IMG/VR virus record: IMGVR_UViG_3300045988_107471
Source: a virus
Length of the DNA stretch: 64,000 nucleotides
Strand: one strand, 5' to 3'
The translations under genes and the position numbers were made by a program. Shown piece by piece: positions 19,127 through 28,861 of the stretch (position 1 is the stretch's first letter; every line of letters begins with the position of its first letter). Under the pieces are notes generated by a model. The model made no database searches. It worked only from the letters and a program-made list of their open reading frames with translations, and was not told the origin of the DNA.

Positions 19127-19417
19127 AGAGATATAAGTAAGTACGAAACAAGAGCCGGAATAGAATGCACAGAAGAAGAATGCAAGCTAATTGATTCATT
19201 TAAGAGGCTTGCCAAAAAATGGAAGAAAGATGGAAAACGATTATGGATATATTTAGCAAGCGGAACATTACATGTAATGATGCATGGAGATACAAACTAT
19301 AATCCTACACCGGAATTTACGCAATATGGAGGCAGCAACATTGAAAATAGTGTAACTATTATTGATGGCATATTAAATGATGGTGGAGATTGGTAATAAT
19401 ATAAAAAATATCGAATC

Positions 19418-19837
19418 ATGATAACGAAAGAACAAGTTAAAGAAATATTGACAAAAAATCCGGCAGGAATTACAAAAGAAGAGTTGAAATTTGTTTTTGG
19501 CATATTCTGCTTATCAATCAAAGAATATGAAAAATCAGAACATAATCTTTGGTTTGAAGTACATTTCGAACGCATATACATCGCTCAAATTCGATATGGT
19601 ATAAAAGGTGGGATGTCTTTTAGTAACGAATATGTAAATATGGGAGATGGATGTCATGGAGTAACAATGGGAACAGTGAATAATACAGCCGATCTATTAA
19701 AAATATTCATCAATATGTTTTACGACAATTTATTGAAACAAGCCAACTATGCTCCTTTATATAACGAAGAGACATCTCAATTCGAATCCCTTGAACAAGC
19801 TCAAGAATATTTGGAATATGTTCAATCTATACTGTAA
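19418..19837 (+). CDS. hypothetical protein (139 aa)
   Basis: ATG ORF. Confidence 0.6.
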   Translation: MITKEQVKEILTKNPAGITKEELKFVFGIFCLSIKEYEKSEHNLWFEVHFERIYIAQIRYGIKGGMSFSNEYVNMGDGCHGVTMGTVNNTADLLKIFINMFYDNLLKQANYAPLYNEETSQFESLEQAQEYLEYVQSIL

Positions 19838-19850
19838 AATTTAAAAAGAT

Positions 19851-20189
19851 ATGAATATACTTGATTTACCATTAAAAGCCATTTGGTACAATATGATAGA
19901 ATCTGGCAAGAAAAAGGAGGAGTATCGGGAACATAACAGTTATTGGGCCAAAAGATTTTATGCTTGCTACGATAAAAACACGGATTGCAAAATCTATATT
20001 CCAGAAAAGTGCAAGTATTGTTGCAAACCATCCCTTAAATATTATGATGCTGTCCGTTTTCGTTACGGATATACAAAACGAACCATGTTATTTAAATTGA
20101 ATGGCATTTCTATTGGCAAAGGTCACTCGGAATGGGGTGCACCGGATAATGAAGTTTTTATTTTAAAATTAGGGAATCGGATTAATTAA
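19851..20189 (+). CDS. possible ASCH/PUA-like domain protein (112 aa)
   Basis: N-terminus LPLKAIWYNMIESGKKKEEYRE resembles the ASCH beta-barrel signature; weak. Confidence 0.45.
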   Translation: MNILDLPLKAIWYNMIESGKKKEEYREHNSYWAKRFYACYDKNTDCKIYIPEKCKYCCKPSLKYYDAVRFRYGYTKRTMLFKLNGISIGKGHSEWGAPDNEVFILKLGNRIN

Positions 20190-20256
20190 TAACACAAAAA
20201 GTAATAATGATGCTGTCCTAACTAATTCTCAGGATAGCTCCAAACTAAAAAAAGAA

Positions 20257-20586
20257 ATGAAACGAGAAGATATTGAAAAAGCAGCAAAAGATTATTCCAT
20301 AGGTAAAACACATTTTCGGCGAAACGTTCTTAAAGAAGTGGATGCAGACGATTATGTTCTACGCAAGGATAATTGCTGTGAAGGCTTCATGGCGGGTGCA
20401 GAATGGCGCATTAACAGCGTGTGGTACGATGCAAGAGAAAAGCCAGACAAAGGGAAGCTGCTCATTGTGGAGGATATTGACGGTGCTTATGATTTGGTCT
20501 ATTCAACCAAGAGCAAGCCATGGGAAGAACTTTCGGAAAAGAATCATTATATGCGCTGGGCATATGTTGAAGATTTGATACCTTAA
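20257..20586 (+). CDS. hypothetical protein (109 aa)
   Basis: ATG ORF. Confidence 0.55.
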   Translation: MKREDIEKAAKDYSIGKTHFRRNVLKEVDADDYVLRKDNCCEGFMAGAEWRINSVWYDAREKPDKGKLLIVEDIDGAYDLVYSTKSKPWEELSEKNHYMRWAYVEDLIP

Positions 20587-20602
20587 AAACAAGATAAACA
20601 AT

Positions 20603-21013
20603 ATGGAAAGCGAAAAGAAGAAAATATGTTCCAAATGCGGCTGCGAAGATGGGTCGAGGCAAAATAATATACATAGCATGAATCCCGAACATTTTTGCAA
20701 ATGCCCTATACGGTCTATTATGGAACGAGATGGAGTTTGCTATTCTTGTGCGTTTTGGATCAGACTATATGAAGAGAATAAGAATAATCCCAATTGGTTG
20801 ATTATAGATGGAGAATCATGGATAGCTAATCCGTTTGTTCCCAATACAAACAACAAAACACGAAGATTCATGGGTATGGGAGGAAGAATGATGGAGGCTA
20901 TTTCAAATGATGGGAGAAAAATCATTTCCAATGATTGGTGGCATCAAGGGAAAATCCCAGAAGAATTTAAGGATTTAATACCTGATAATGCCAAATGGGT
21001 AAAAATGAGTTAA
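20603..21013 (+). CDS. zinc-ribbon 'DGESW' family protein, dispersed paralog 1 (136 aa)
   Basis: Aligns with 41585..42073: C.KCG...C.IRSIME.DG.CY.C.FW..Y......W..IDGESW...P.V.N....G.GGR.M...G....N.W.QG....FKDL.PDNA.W. Confidence 0.65.
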   Translation: MESEKKKICSKCGCEDGSRQNNIHSMNPEHFCKCPIRSIMERDGVCYSCAFWIRLYEENKNNPNWLIIDGESWIANPFVPNTNNKTRRFMGMGGRMMEAISNDGRKIISNDWWHQGKIPEEFKDLIPDNAKWVKMS

Positions 21014-21032
21014 GAAGAAAATATGAAAGGTT

Positions 21033-21236
21033 ATGACCGACAGAGAACTTCTTGAAGAAAACAATAAGATGTTAAAGGAAATTCTAAGTTTTGTGAGAAA
21101 AGTTGATTCTGCTGAATACAGGGATCATCAAGACTTTATGGAATTTCTCAGAAATGTGGCGGCCGATATATGGGTAGAATATACGGAGCCTGAACAAAGA
21201 AGTAAGTTGTTTAATTTAATAAATAAAGAAAAATGA
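21033..21236 (+). CDS. hypothetical protein (67 aa)
   Basis: ATG ORF. Confidence 0.45.
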   Translation: MTDRELLEENNKMLKEILSFVRKVDSAEYRDHQDFMEFLRNVAADIWVEYTEPEQRSKLFNLINKEK

Positions 21237-21901
21237 AAACAGTTTTTGATTTAAGCAGAGATGAGATTGTGGCATTGACAGACGAAGACATAAGTCTGTA
21301 TATAGACAAAGAGCTTGCTAATAAAGGTATTCCAATTGAAGCTAAAAACTGGAATATAAAGAACAAAAAAGAAGTCGTGTATCCAAGAACTGGAGTTCCG
21401 GTATTTATGTTAAAAGATATCGGCATCGGTTTTAGAACCATAGAAGGTGCAACTGAGGTGGCTAATTTGCTTGTCAAGTATAATGCATTTAAAACAGAAT
21501 CGAGATATCTGGCAGGATCGTATGAACAGTTTTGGATCATGAAGGAGGGTGTTTGCCCGGCTGTTAAAGGAGAAACAGGATATAGCAAGGAAGAGTTTGA
21601 TAAGATAGATAAGAAAAATAAAAACCCTGAATTGACAAGTATAAATACCTTCAATGACACCGTGAAAAAAGCCAATGAAATTAAAGACAGGGTGTTGAAA
21701 TGCGTGTACAACATAAAACAAGAGCGTTCATATAACAATGACCTGGTTGGTATCTTTGAAAGGTATAAAGATATAGCAGACGGTGATATGGAGGTAGCTA
21801 TGAATTTTATTAAGGAAGCCTATCCATTCAATGAAGAAACAGAGTCGTTTATCAGAAAAAAGTTTGACATGCCTATACCGGACGAATCAAAAGAGCAGTA
21901 A
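21233..21901 (+). CDS. hypothetical protein (222 aa)
   Basis: ATGA overlap. Confidence 0.65.
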   Translation: MKTVFDLSRDEIVALTDEDISLYIDKELANKGIPIEAKNWNIKNKKEVVYPRTGVPVFMLKDIGIGFRTIEGATEVANLLVKYNAFKTESRYLAGSYEQFWIMKEGVCPAVKGETGYSKEEFDKIDKKNKNPELTSINTFNDTVKKANEIKDRVLKCVYNIKQERSYNNDLVGIFERYKDIADGDMEVAMNFIKEAYPFNEETESFIRKKFDMPIPDESKEQ

Positions 21902-21920
21902 TTAAGCTAAATTAAATCAT

Positions 21921-21956
21921 TTTGAATCTTTTTTATTATCAAAAGACATATCTTTG
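21921..21956 (+). promoter_or_regulatory. candidate Bacteroidetes-type promoter (-33 TTTG ... -7 TATCTTTG)
   Basis: TTTG at 21921-21924 and TAnnTTTG at 21949-21956, about 20 nt upstream of the ATG at 21976; spacer slightly long (24 nt). Confidence 0.3.
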
Positions 21957-21975
21957 CCCAAAAAAAACAAACATA

Positions 21976-22230
21976 ATGGAAGAAAAAGAGATAAAAGAAG
22001 CTATGATTGAAGCCCTGACGCACTTAGAGGGGTGTAAGTATTTCGTGGCTACGATAGTAAATGAAGAGGAAAGAAGATTTGATATGAGCCAAAGAATGTC
22101 ACAGCATCAATTGGCGTTAGTTATAAAAGGTATCTTATCTAATAATGAGATGATGATGATGGACGTTTTGCAGTGGTGTTCTGAAAGATTTAAAAATAGT
22201 ATAGAGAAAGGAAAGAAATCAACTAATTAA
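21976..22230 (+). CDS. hypothetical protein (about 84 aa)
   Basis: ATG MEEKEIKEAM; the track ORF starts earlier at a non-ATG. Confidence 0.55.
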   Translation: MEEKEIKEAMIEALTHLEGCKYFVATIVNEEERRFDMSQRMSQHQLALVIKGILSNNEMMMMDVLQWCSERFKNSIEKGKKSTN

Positions 22231-22241
22231 ATATTAATACA

Positions 22242-22712
22242 ATGAATCGCTGGTTTGAAATTACGGTAAAAGCCGAGATTGATAATATCGAGAACGGCAA
22301 AAAAAAGAAAATAACTGAAAAGTATTTGGTGGATGCCTTGTCTTATACAGAGGCAGAATCAAGATCGTCGGAGATCTTTAAGGATTTGTACAATTCTTTC
22401 GAGGTTGTAAAAATTAACCCTATTAAAGTGTCAGAAATCTTTTTCAACGGAGAAGCTGAGTACTGGTATAAGTGCAAGGTGAATTACATTACACTGAATG
22501 AAAAGAAAGGTAAAGAAAAGAAAACGCCATGCTATATGTATGTCCAAGCCGGCAATCCTAAAGACGCCGAAGCTGTGTTGACTAAAGGTATGCAGGGTAC
22601 GTTGGGAGACTGGAATTGCGAGTCTATTGCTGAAACAAAGATCATTGAAGTGTTTAAATACGATCTGCAAAAAGGTGTAGAAAAATTGGGAGAAAAGAAA
22701 ACTGATGAGTGA
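22242..22712 (+). CDS. DUF4494-like (Bacteroidetes-associated) protein (156 aa)
   Basis: MNRWFEITVKAE...KYLVDALSYTEAE...WYKCKVNYITLNEKKGKEKK pattern recalled for DUF4494. Confidence 0.5.
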   Translation: MNRWFEITVKAEIDNIENGKKKKITEKYLVDALSYTEAESRSSEIFKDLYNSFEVVKINPIKVSEIFFNGEAEYWYKCKVNYITLNEKKGKEKKTPCYMYVQAGNPKDAEAVLTKGMQGTLGDWNCESIAETKIIEVFKYDLQKGVEKLGEKKTDE

Positions 22713-22935
22713 TGTTGTTTCCCGTGTAGCACTTGCGACGGCAATTGTATTATTGGTAGTAGCAGGTGCTACTTTGCTGATAGTGATTAAGACCGAAGAA
22801 GTACCGAGATGGTTAATGAACTTACCATATACGTTATCTTTAACGGCAGTATCCTTTTCAATTATATCACTTGTATTGAAATATAGAGAGTGGAAAAGAA
22901 ATTGTACGTCTGCGAAAGATGCGGACGAAAAGTGA
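22705..22935 (+). CDS. small membrane protein (76 aa, 2 TM)
   Basis: Two hydrophobic helices (ATAIVLLVVAGATLLIVI; LSLTAVSFSIISLVL). Confidence 0.5.
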   Translation: MSDVVSRVALATAIVLLVVAGATLLIVIKTEEVPRWLMNLPYTLSLTAVSFSIISLVLKYREWKRNCTSAKDADEK

Positions 22936-23408
22936 TGATAAGAAGTCATGGCTTATGCCAGGCTTGCAGGAGTAAAGAGTTGACTCCGAAGAAAAAAGAC
23001 AGAATTACATCCATTAAAAACAGCAGCAAGAATAAAAAGTTAGAGAACCCGGATTTATCCGGGTTTTTTCGTCTTATGCTGGAAGAGTTAAATAATAGTC
23101 GGATGTCTATGACCGGTAAGGCTATTCATTTTCCTACAGTATGTAACGTCTGTCACATACTTCCGAAAAGGATATATAAGTCGGTTGCTACTTGCAGGGA
23201 TAATATAGTTTTCCTTCATGAATCGGAGCATACGGTATTCGACATGTATCTTGACCGGATGGAATTTGATAAACTTGAAACAGAATTTCCTTTTGTGTGG
23301 AAGTATGCGGTAAAGAAGGTACTGGATATGGAAAGCAGAGGAATGATCAAGGAAAGAGGTAGGTTGATTATTGAAATAATTGATAGGTATGATAGAAGAA
23401 AAGATTAA
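22890..23408 (+). CDS. zinc-ribbon protein (172 aa; CERCG...CQAC; possible NinG/HNH-like C-terminal half)
   Basis: CxxC pairs; VCNVCHILPKR...FLHESEH. Confidence 0.5.
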   Translation: MEKKLYVCERCGRKVMIRSHGLCQACRSKELTPKKKDRITSIKNSSKNKKLENPDLSGFFRLMLEELNNSRMSMTGKAIHFPTVCNVCHILPKRIYKSVATCRDNIVFLHESEHTVFDMYLDRMEFDKLETEFPFVWKYAVKKVLDMESRGMIKERGRLIIEIIDRYDRRKD

Positions 23409-24708
23409 AATATTAATAGATTTAGGGTTTGTACCTATGGTGGAAGGAGAAGGAAATACGTTGTTTAGAATGAACGACGTTGTGATGTCAGTATCAGATC
23501 CTAACCAAACACCAGAGCAGTTGAAGAAGGAGGTTATGTCTTTAATAAAGAACAGAGACATAGCAGAAAGAGGCGGACAGGTTCCAGTAGTTGAAGAGCC
23601 GGCGCCTGAGCCAGAGCCGGTCCAGAAGGAGGAACCGGAAGCTCAGGCGGAGGAAGCCGCTCCTAACCCTGGAGAAGAAGATTCGAATCCGTTTACAGAA
23701 AATCAGGAAACATTAGAGCCGTTTTATATCTGTGATGAGTTAAAGAAGATTGAGACCCCCAAATTCGTAAGATTGACATTAGACGATAATCGTTTTTATG
23801 TAAGAAAGATGGATGATGGGACGGCTAAGATATATGCTTCGGTAACAACTTTAATCAAAGATGGGTATGTAGATGATAAGACAGCACTTCAGGAATGGAA
23901 GCAAGAGATAAAGATGCTTGGTCGCAATCCAGAAGAGGTAGCGCAGTATGAAGCCGATAAGGGAACGATCATGCACTACTTATACGGATTGTACCTAACA
24001 GGTAGAGATATGGTCTTAAATCGAAGCTTTGTGGTTAAGACAGTGCAAGAAGGCAAGCTGAAGATATCTAAGAAAAATCTTGATCGGTTCTTTAATAGCA
24101 TAGATGATCTTGACGATATGATTGTCAGGGTCATGAAGTTTGCCAAATTCTGTTCTGATTACAAGGTGAAACCGATGATGATAGAAAGAATCCTTTCTTT
24201 AGAGGATTACCTTGTAGCAACACCTATTGATGCGATGGTTAAAATGACATTCAAATACAAAGAAGAAGGTTATTTTGGAGCCGTGTATCAAAGGGCTACC
24301 GGACAGTTCAAAAAAGGTGATCCGAAGAAGGAAGTAAGAGAAGTGGAAAAAGAAGAAGTGGTCATTCTTGACTTTAAATCGGGAGGAATATGGGAATCAT
24401 ATGCATTCCAATTGGAAGCTGAAAGAAGAATGGTTAAAGCATGGTATGGCATTGATGCACGTATTATGAACTTTTCTCCAAAAAGCACGAGCAGTAAAGG
24501 ATATACGCTGAAAGAATGGACAGAAGACAGTGTAGCACTTGAAAAGGCGGACTGTGTGTTCCAACAAGGTATGTTGAATCACCTTAGAAAAGATAAGAAG
24601 TTTAAAGTGAGAAAAGGAGTGCTGAATATCAATAAGCCGTACAATGAAGAGGATCATATTGTCGTATATGATATTGCTGAGGAAATGTCTAAAAGATTCG
24701 TAATATGA
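23380..24708 (+). CDS. hypothetical protein with acidic Pro/Glu-rich linker; possible PD-(D/E)xK (YqaJ-like) nuclease domain (442 aa)
   Basis: Long ORF; weak motifs ATPIDAM ... VVILDFKSG. Confidence 0.6.
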   Translation: MIGMIEEKIKILIDLGFVPMVEGEGNTLFRMNDVVMSVSDPNQTPEQLKKEVMSLIKNRDIAERGGQVPVVEEPAPEPEPVQKEEPEAQAEEAAPNPGEEDSNPFTENQETLEPFYICDELKKIETPKFVRLTLDDNRFYVRKMDDGTAKIYASVTTLIKDGYVDDKTALQEWKQEIKMLGRNPEEVAQYEADKGTIMHYLYGLYLTGRDMVLNRSFVVKTVQEGKLKISKKNLDRFFNSIDDLDDMIVRVMKFAKFCSDYKVKPMMIERILSLEDYLVATPIDAMVKMTFKYKEEGYFGAVYQRATGQFKKGDPKKEVREVEKEEVVILDFKSGGIWESYAFQLEAERRMVKAWYGIDARIMNFSPKSTSSKGYTLKEWTEDSVALEKADCVFQQGMLNHLRKDKKFKVRKGVLNINKPYNEEDHIVVYDIAEEMSKRFVI

Positions 24709-24938
24709 GTGATATTGTTATTCCTAAAGGAGATTATGTGGAAATCGTAAAACCGATATGTATCAATCCTTTTGGTAATTGTTTTATTAACATCAAAAGG
24801 GGTTCAAGATTAAGATTATCGAAAGATTTGAAAATAGGGGATAAGTATGCAATATGCATACTCACATCTTACGAGAAATATGGCAAGACTGTTAATGTGA
24901 CAATGCCTATACTGGTTAGAAACACAAGAATAGTATGA
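24705..24938 (+). CDS. small protein homologous to the N-terminal domain of 37702..38445 (77 aa)
   Basis: IVIPKGDYVEI...KDLKIGDKYA vs IIIPKGTNVVI...KDIKKGDKEA. Confidence 0.5.
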   Translation: MSDIVIPKGDYVEIVKPICINPFGNCFINIKRGSRLRLSKDLKIGDKYAICILTSYEKYGKTVNVTMPILVRNTRIV

Positions 24939-25285
24939 AAAGAAAAATTAGAAGAACCGGGGAGATAATAGACGTAATCACCTTCAGTGGTTCAACTATA
25001 AGAAGCGACTATGACCAAATACAATTCTATGACAGCAACGGAAGTGTGATAAATGAGAGTTTAAATTATTATCTCGATACCCTTCCTGTGGATGATGAGA
25101 ACAAAGATGTAGACTGGGAACAACGTAGATTCGATCTTGTTAAGGCTTATTCTATTGAGTTCATTAAAATGCAAGATAGAAAAGGAGAAATAGATTGCGG
25201 AGTATATATACCAGATGTGGTGTCATGGTCTATAACTATAGCGGATAGAATCATAGAAGCAATGAGAGGAGTTAAAAATGCTTGA
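24935..25285 (+). CDS. hypothetical protein (116 aa)
   Basis: ATGA overlap. Confidence 0.55.
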   Translation: MKRKIRRTGEIIDVITFSGSTIRSDYDQIQFYDSNGSVINESLNYYLDTLPVDDENKDVDWEQRRFDLVKAYSIEFIKMQDRKGEIDCGVYIPDVVSWSITIADRIIEAMRGVKNA

Positions 25286-26291
25286 TTTCAGAAGATACGA
25301 AAACGTACCCCGGTTTCAACTTGACCGCAGGCCCGGAAGGAGCCGGCTGAAGCTAACCTGCCCGGCTTGCGGAAAAAGCCGGTGCCTCACTCCTTATATT
25401 GATGTGGCAACAGGTCAGGTTGTTGGCAACGAGTTCGGAAGATGCGATCATGAACGGACTTGCGGTTACGATAAACGACCTACTGGTAAGGATGTAGGTG
25501 ACAAAGATCTTTGGATTTCGGGAAACAAGTGTATAAGAGCTTATCGTCCTCCTGTAAATCCCGACGTTGTAAATTACATACCTTTTAGCGAGTTTGAGAG
25601 GACTGTGGTTCCAGACGACAGAAACACCGTATTTAGATTTTTATCGTCTCTATGGGGAAAAGAAAGGGTATCTGATGTATTCAGGAGGTATCATGTCGGA
25701 ACAATGGACTTATGGGGATGGAAAGGGTGTTGTATATTCTGGCAGATAGACAAAGATTTTGTATGTAGAACCGGCAAGATCATGGACTTTTATATAAAGA
25801 CCGACAGCCAGGGGAATGAGATTGATGTAAAAAGAGTGAAGGAAAAAGACGGTGACAATGAGCGACCTCATGTCATGTTTTATCACTCGTTGCATGCAAG
25901 AGACTTCTTGTTTAGACAATGCCTGTTCGGAGAGCATCTTTTAAGCCAGTATCCGGATAAGGTAGTTAATTTGGTGGAGTCAGAGAAGACGGCTATTATA
26001 TGCGCCGTGAATAAACCGGATGAGTTATTTGTAGCTACCGGTGGGTTGCAGAACTTAAGACCGGAAGTGATAGATGTTTTAAAAGATAGAAAGACTGTAG
26101 CTTTTCCGGACAAAGGACAAGCATTTGACACATGGAGTAAAAAGATAGATGGGATGATGATGAAGTCAAGGATAAAAGTATCGGACTATCTTCAGAGTGT
26201 TGAGAATGTAGGGGACGGAGATGATGTGGCAGATTTGATAATTAATAACAAAGTAAAAGAGAAATATTATGAGCCTGGACGTTTATATTAA
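25278..26291 (+). CDS. putative DNA primase-like protein (zinc-ribbon N-terminus, Toprim-like C-terminus; 337 aa)
   Basis: CPACG...C..H..C zinc motif; LVESEKTAIICA ... VATGG ... VAFPDKGQAF resembles Toprim E / DxD-G blocks. Confidence 0.5.
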   Translation: MLDFRRYENVPRFQLDRRPGRSRLKLTCPACGKSRCLTPYIDVATGQVVGNEFGRCDHERTCGYDKRPTGKDVGDKDLWISGNKCIRAYRPPVNPDVVNYIPFSEFERTVVPDDRNTVFRFLSSLWGKERVSDVFRRYHVGTMDLWGWKGCCIFWQIDKDFVCRTGKIMDFYIKTDSQGNEIDVKRVKEKDGDNERPHVMFYHSLHARDFLFRQCLFGEHLLSQYPDKVVNLVESEKTAIICAVNKPDELFVATGGLQNLRPEVIDVLKDRKTVAFPDKGQAFDTWSKKIDGMMMKSRIKVSDYLQSVENVGDGDDVADLIINNKVKEKYYEPGRLY

Positions 26292-26622
26292 GAGCAAGAA
26301 GAAAGAAGAGGATCGTAAATGGGTTGCAAACATCACCCACAACATGAACAAGATGGCACAAAAAATATTCGTATCAGAAAACAAAGAAACACTATACGAT
26401 TATGTTTGGAGACCGGAAGAATTGGGCAGGGAAATAGATACTAAGGAGATGGTGAAGATACTCACAAAAGGTATATATATTATGATCTCCAAGAGAAAGA
26501 GTCTTTTGAGATACGAACCAGAAAACGGATGGGGGTCTTATGATTCATTTCTTAAGTTTCTTATCGAATACAAAGAGGCATGTGAAGATAATCCAGGGTG
26601 TGTAATTGAAGCAAGCAGATAA
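26269..26622 (+). CDS. hypothetical protein (117 aa)
   Basis: ATG ORF. Confidence 0.55.
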   Translation: MSLDVYIKSKKKEEDRKWVANITHNMNKMAQKIFVSENKETLYDYVWRPEELGREIDTKEMVKILTKGIYIMISKRKSLLRYEPENGWGSYDSFLKFLIEYKEACEDNPGCVIEASR

Positions 26623-26881
26623 TATGGAAAATTACAAAAACACTTTAAATGAGGTAGTGGTGATCGAATCGTCACCAGAAACGTATTTTGTTTACGCTAT
26701 TCGTAATGCTATTCGTATCTCTAAATGTGCATATCCGACAGCCAAGAAAGTAATTTTCAAAAGAGAGGACGTAGAGGTAGAGATTTCGGAAATGGAAACT
26801 GAAAGCAGTTTGTATGAAAAGTTTAAAGAAAAACAAAAGAATAGGGTATGGAACTTAATGAGCGCCAACAACGGGTTTTAA
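26606..26881 (+). CDS. hypothetical protein (91 aa)
   Basis: ATG ORF; 3' end overlaps the next ORF by 34 nt. Confidence 0.45.
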   Translation: MKQADNMENYKNTLNEVVVIESSPETYFVYAIRNAIRISKCAYPTAKKVIFKREDVEVEISEMETESSLYEKFKEKQKNRVWNLMSANNGF

Positions 26882-27414
26882 GAGGCGAAATTTGTCCTTA
26901 TTGCGGAAAAGAAACCGAGCTGGTCAATGCCGATAAAATATATAACAGAAAAGGATTAGGGATGGTTATGATGTGTAAACCATGCAATGCTTATGTCGGT
27001 GTTCATGAATCAGGGCCGAATAAGGGGAAAGCTAAAGGCCGGCTTGCGGGGCCATCACTGAGGTCTCTTAAGATAAGAGTCCATGCCGAACTTGACAGAC
27101 TATGGTCTACGCCGGAGGAACGGGAAAGGATGTATAAAGATTTATCTGAATTTCTCTCTATACCGGAAGAGTACACACATATAGGTATGTTCGGAGAGAA
27201 GACGATGGGGAAAATCTTTCAGTTCTGTCATGTAAACAAAGAGCGATCAGGTTCGAGAATAGAATGGCATAAGCCTGGAGATAAGTGCCCTAACAAAAAC
27301 AATCAAATAGTGTCAGGCAGTAGCGCATGCAGAGGATGTCCTGAGTATCTTCATGATGAGAAAGACGGGTATGTCTGGTGTGATCCCGACATGAGCTACG
27401 GTAGGTTGAAATAG
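26848..27414 (+). CDS. zinc-finger protein (188 aa)
   Basis: CPYCG...CKPC and C-terminal CRGC. Confidence 0.55.
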   Translation: MELNERQQRVLRGEICPYCGKETELVNADKIYNRKGLGMVMMCKPCNAYVGVHESGPNKGKAKGRLAGPSLRSLKIRVHAELDRLWSTPEERERMYKDLSEFLSIPEEYTHIGMFGEKTMGKIFQFCHVNKERSGSRIEWHKPGDKCPNKNNQIVSGSSACRGCPEYLHDEKDGYVWCDPDMSYGRLK

Positions 27415-27466
27415 GGCGCGAATTGCCTATCTTTGTGCTATTATTAATCAAAAAAAATATAAGCAC

Positions 27467-27745
27467 ATGGGCAGATCAACAGAGTACTACAGGACTCATC
27501 CCGAAGCCAGGAAGAAAAAGGCTAAAAAGGACAAGGAGATAAATGCCAGACCGGAACAGAAAGCCAAACGCCGAGAGCTTGGTCGTAAAAACTACGAAAC
27601 GGACAAGAAGAAGGGCAAGGGCTGGAGGAAAGGCAAGGATTGTTCTCATACCAAGAACGGTCTTAGGTATAAATCAGTAAAAGCTAATAGGGGATCCAAA
27701 TCGGATACAAAAGGTGACAAAAATGCACGAGGAGATAGCAAATAA
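27467..27745 (+). CDS. highly basic Lys/Arg-rich small protein (92 aa)
   Basis: ATG ORF; composition suggests nucleic-acid binding. Confidence 0.45.
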   Translation: MGRSTEYYRTHPEARKKKAKKDKEINARPEQKAKRRELGRKNYETDKKKGKGWRKGKDCSHTKNGLRYKSVKANRGSKSDTKGDKNARGDSK

Positions 27746-28847
27746 GATAGATATAAGAAGGATATTCAAGACCTCTAAACAGGTTATGGAGGAGGCGTAT
27801 GAGAATATCTTGAAATACAGGCGGGGAGAGCTTATCCCCGCTAAAACCGGATACGATTATATTGATGAGGCTTTGCTTGGAGGTATTTTCCCTCAGCATG
27901 CTATTGCCATAGGAGCTCGGCCATCTGTGGGTAAATCGTATGTGGCCCAAAAGATATTGGAAAATGTGATGAATCCGATGATCAACCCGCAAGCAGAAGA
28001 TTATTTTCTTGTCAATTGCGAGTTCGAAATGAATCCTCAAGATCTTCTTCTTCGCAGAATGAGCCAGGATATGAAAAAACGGGCTCCTGAAATATTAAGA
28101 AGGCAAGATTCTAATACAGTAGAAGAGATGAGGATGTTTGAAATCCTTCAAGGTGAAATTAGAAATAATATAATATACATCGATGCTCCGTGTACGGTAA
28201 AAGAGTTTGAGGCGGCTGTGTATCATATAGCTACCAAACACAAAGACAAACGTCTTATAATATTTAAAGTCGATCATATTGCTTTGATAAAAAGAATGGG
28301 ATTAGATCCTAAGTCGGCTATAGATGATTTGGTGGCGGTTATGAACGAGGCTAAATTAGTATATAAAAACATATTTTTCCTCATCATATCCCAATTCAAC
28401 AGAGAGATAGAAGGAAGGATAAAAAGCCCTCAAGAGCAGCCTCCCCGTCTTTCTGACTTTTATCAGTCTGATACGCTGGGGCAACTATGTACGTTAATGA
28501 TAGGTTTGCATAATCCTCGCAGATACGGGCTGGACAAGTATATGATATTTGGGAAAGACTGGTATCAGACTCTTGACCGGTTTAAAACTGAAAACAAAAC
28601 ATCATTCAGGACAGCCGGACTGGTGTTTCATCATATACTGAAGGTAAGGCAAGTTAGTATGGAAGAGCTTACTAATACAATCCACCCAGAGATCCTGCCG
28701 GGGCATGGATGGATGTACGGGGAGGGAGGGACGAAGTTCGTGAACCCCAACCAGCCGCCGACGCCGCCCAAGCTCTATACTGTGGAAGACGTTACGAACA
28801 ATCAAGATCAAGAACAAGAGGTAAAGGAAGAACAGTCAGTATATTAA
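27714..28847 (+). CDS. DnaB-like replicative helicase (RecA-like core; 377 aa)
   Basis: GYDYIDEALLGGIFPQHAIAIGARPSVGKSYVAQKI matches the DnaB H1/Walker A block; downstream DHIALI (Walker B-like). Confidence 0.7.
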   Translation: MTKMHEEIANKIDIRRIFKTSKQVMEEAYENILKYRRGELIPAKTGYDYIDEALLGGIFPQHAIAIGARPSVGKSYVAQKILENVMNPMINPQAEDYFLVNCEFEMNPQDLLLRRMSQDMKKRAPEILRRQDSNTVEEMRMFEILQGEIRNNIIYIDAPCTVKEFEAAVYHIATKHKDKRLIIFKVDHIALIKRMGLDPKSAIDDLVAVMNEAKLVYKNIFFLIISQFNREIEGRIKSPQEQPPRLSDFYQSDTLGQLCTLMIGLHNPRRYGLDKYMIFGKDWYQTLDRFKTENKTSFRTAGLVFHHILKVRQVSMEELTNTIHPEILPGHGWMYGEGGTKFVNPNQPPTPPKLYTVEDVTNNQDQEQEVKEEQSVY

Positions 28848-28861
28848 AAAAAAAGAAACGT

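Noticed and set aside
28709-28861. N-terminal extension of ORF 28709..29464 (Arg/Gly-rich) overlapping the helicase 3' end
   Set aside because: Out-of-frame overlap within a GC-rich codon block. A clean ATG (28862) follows the helicase stop directly.
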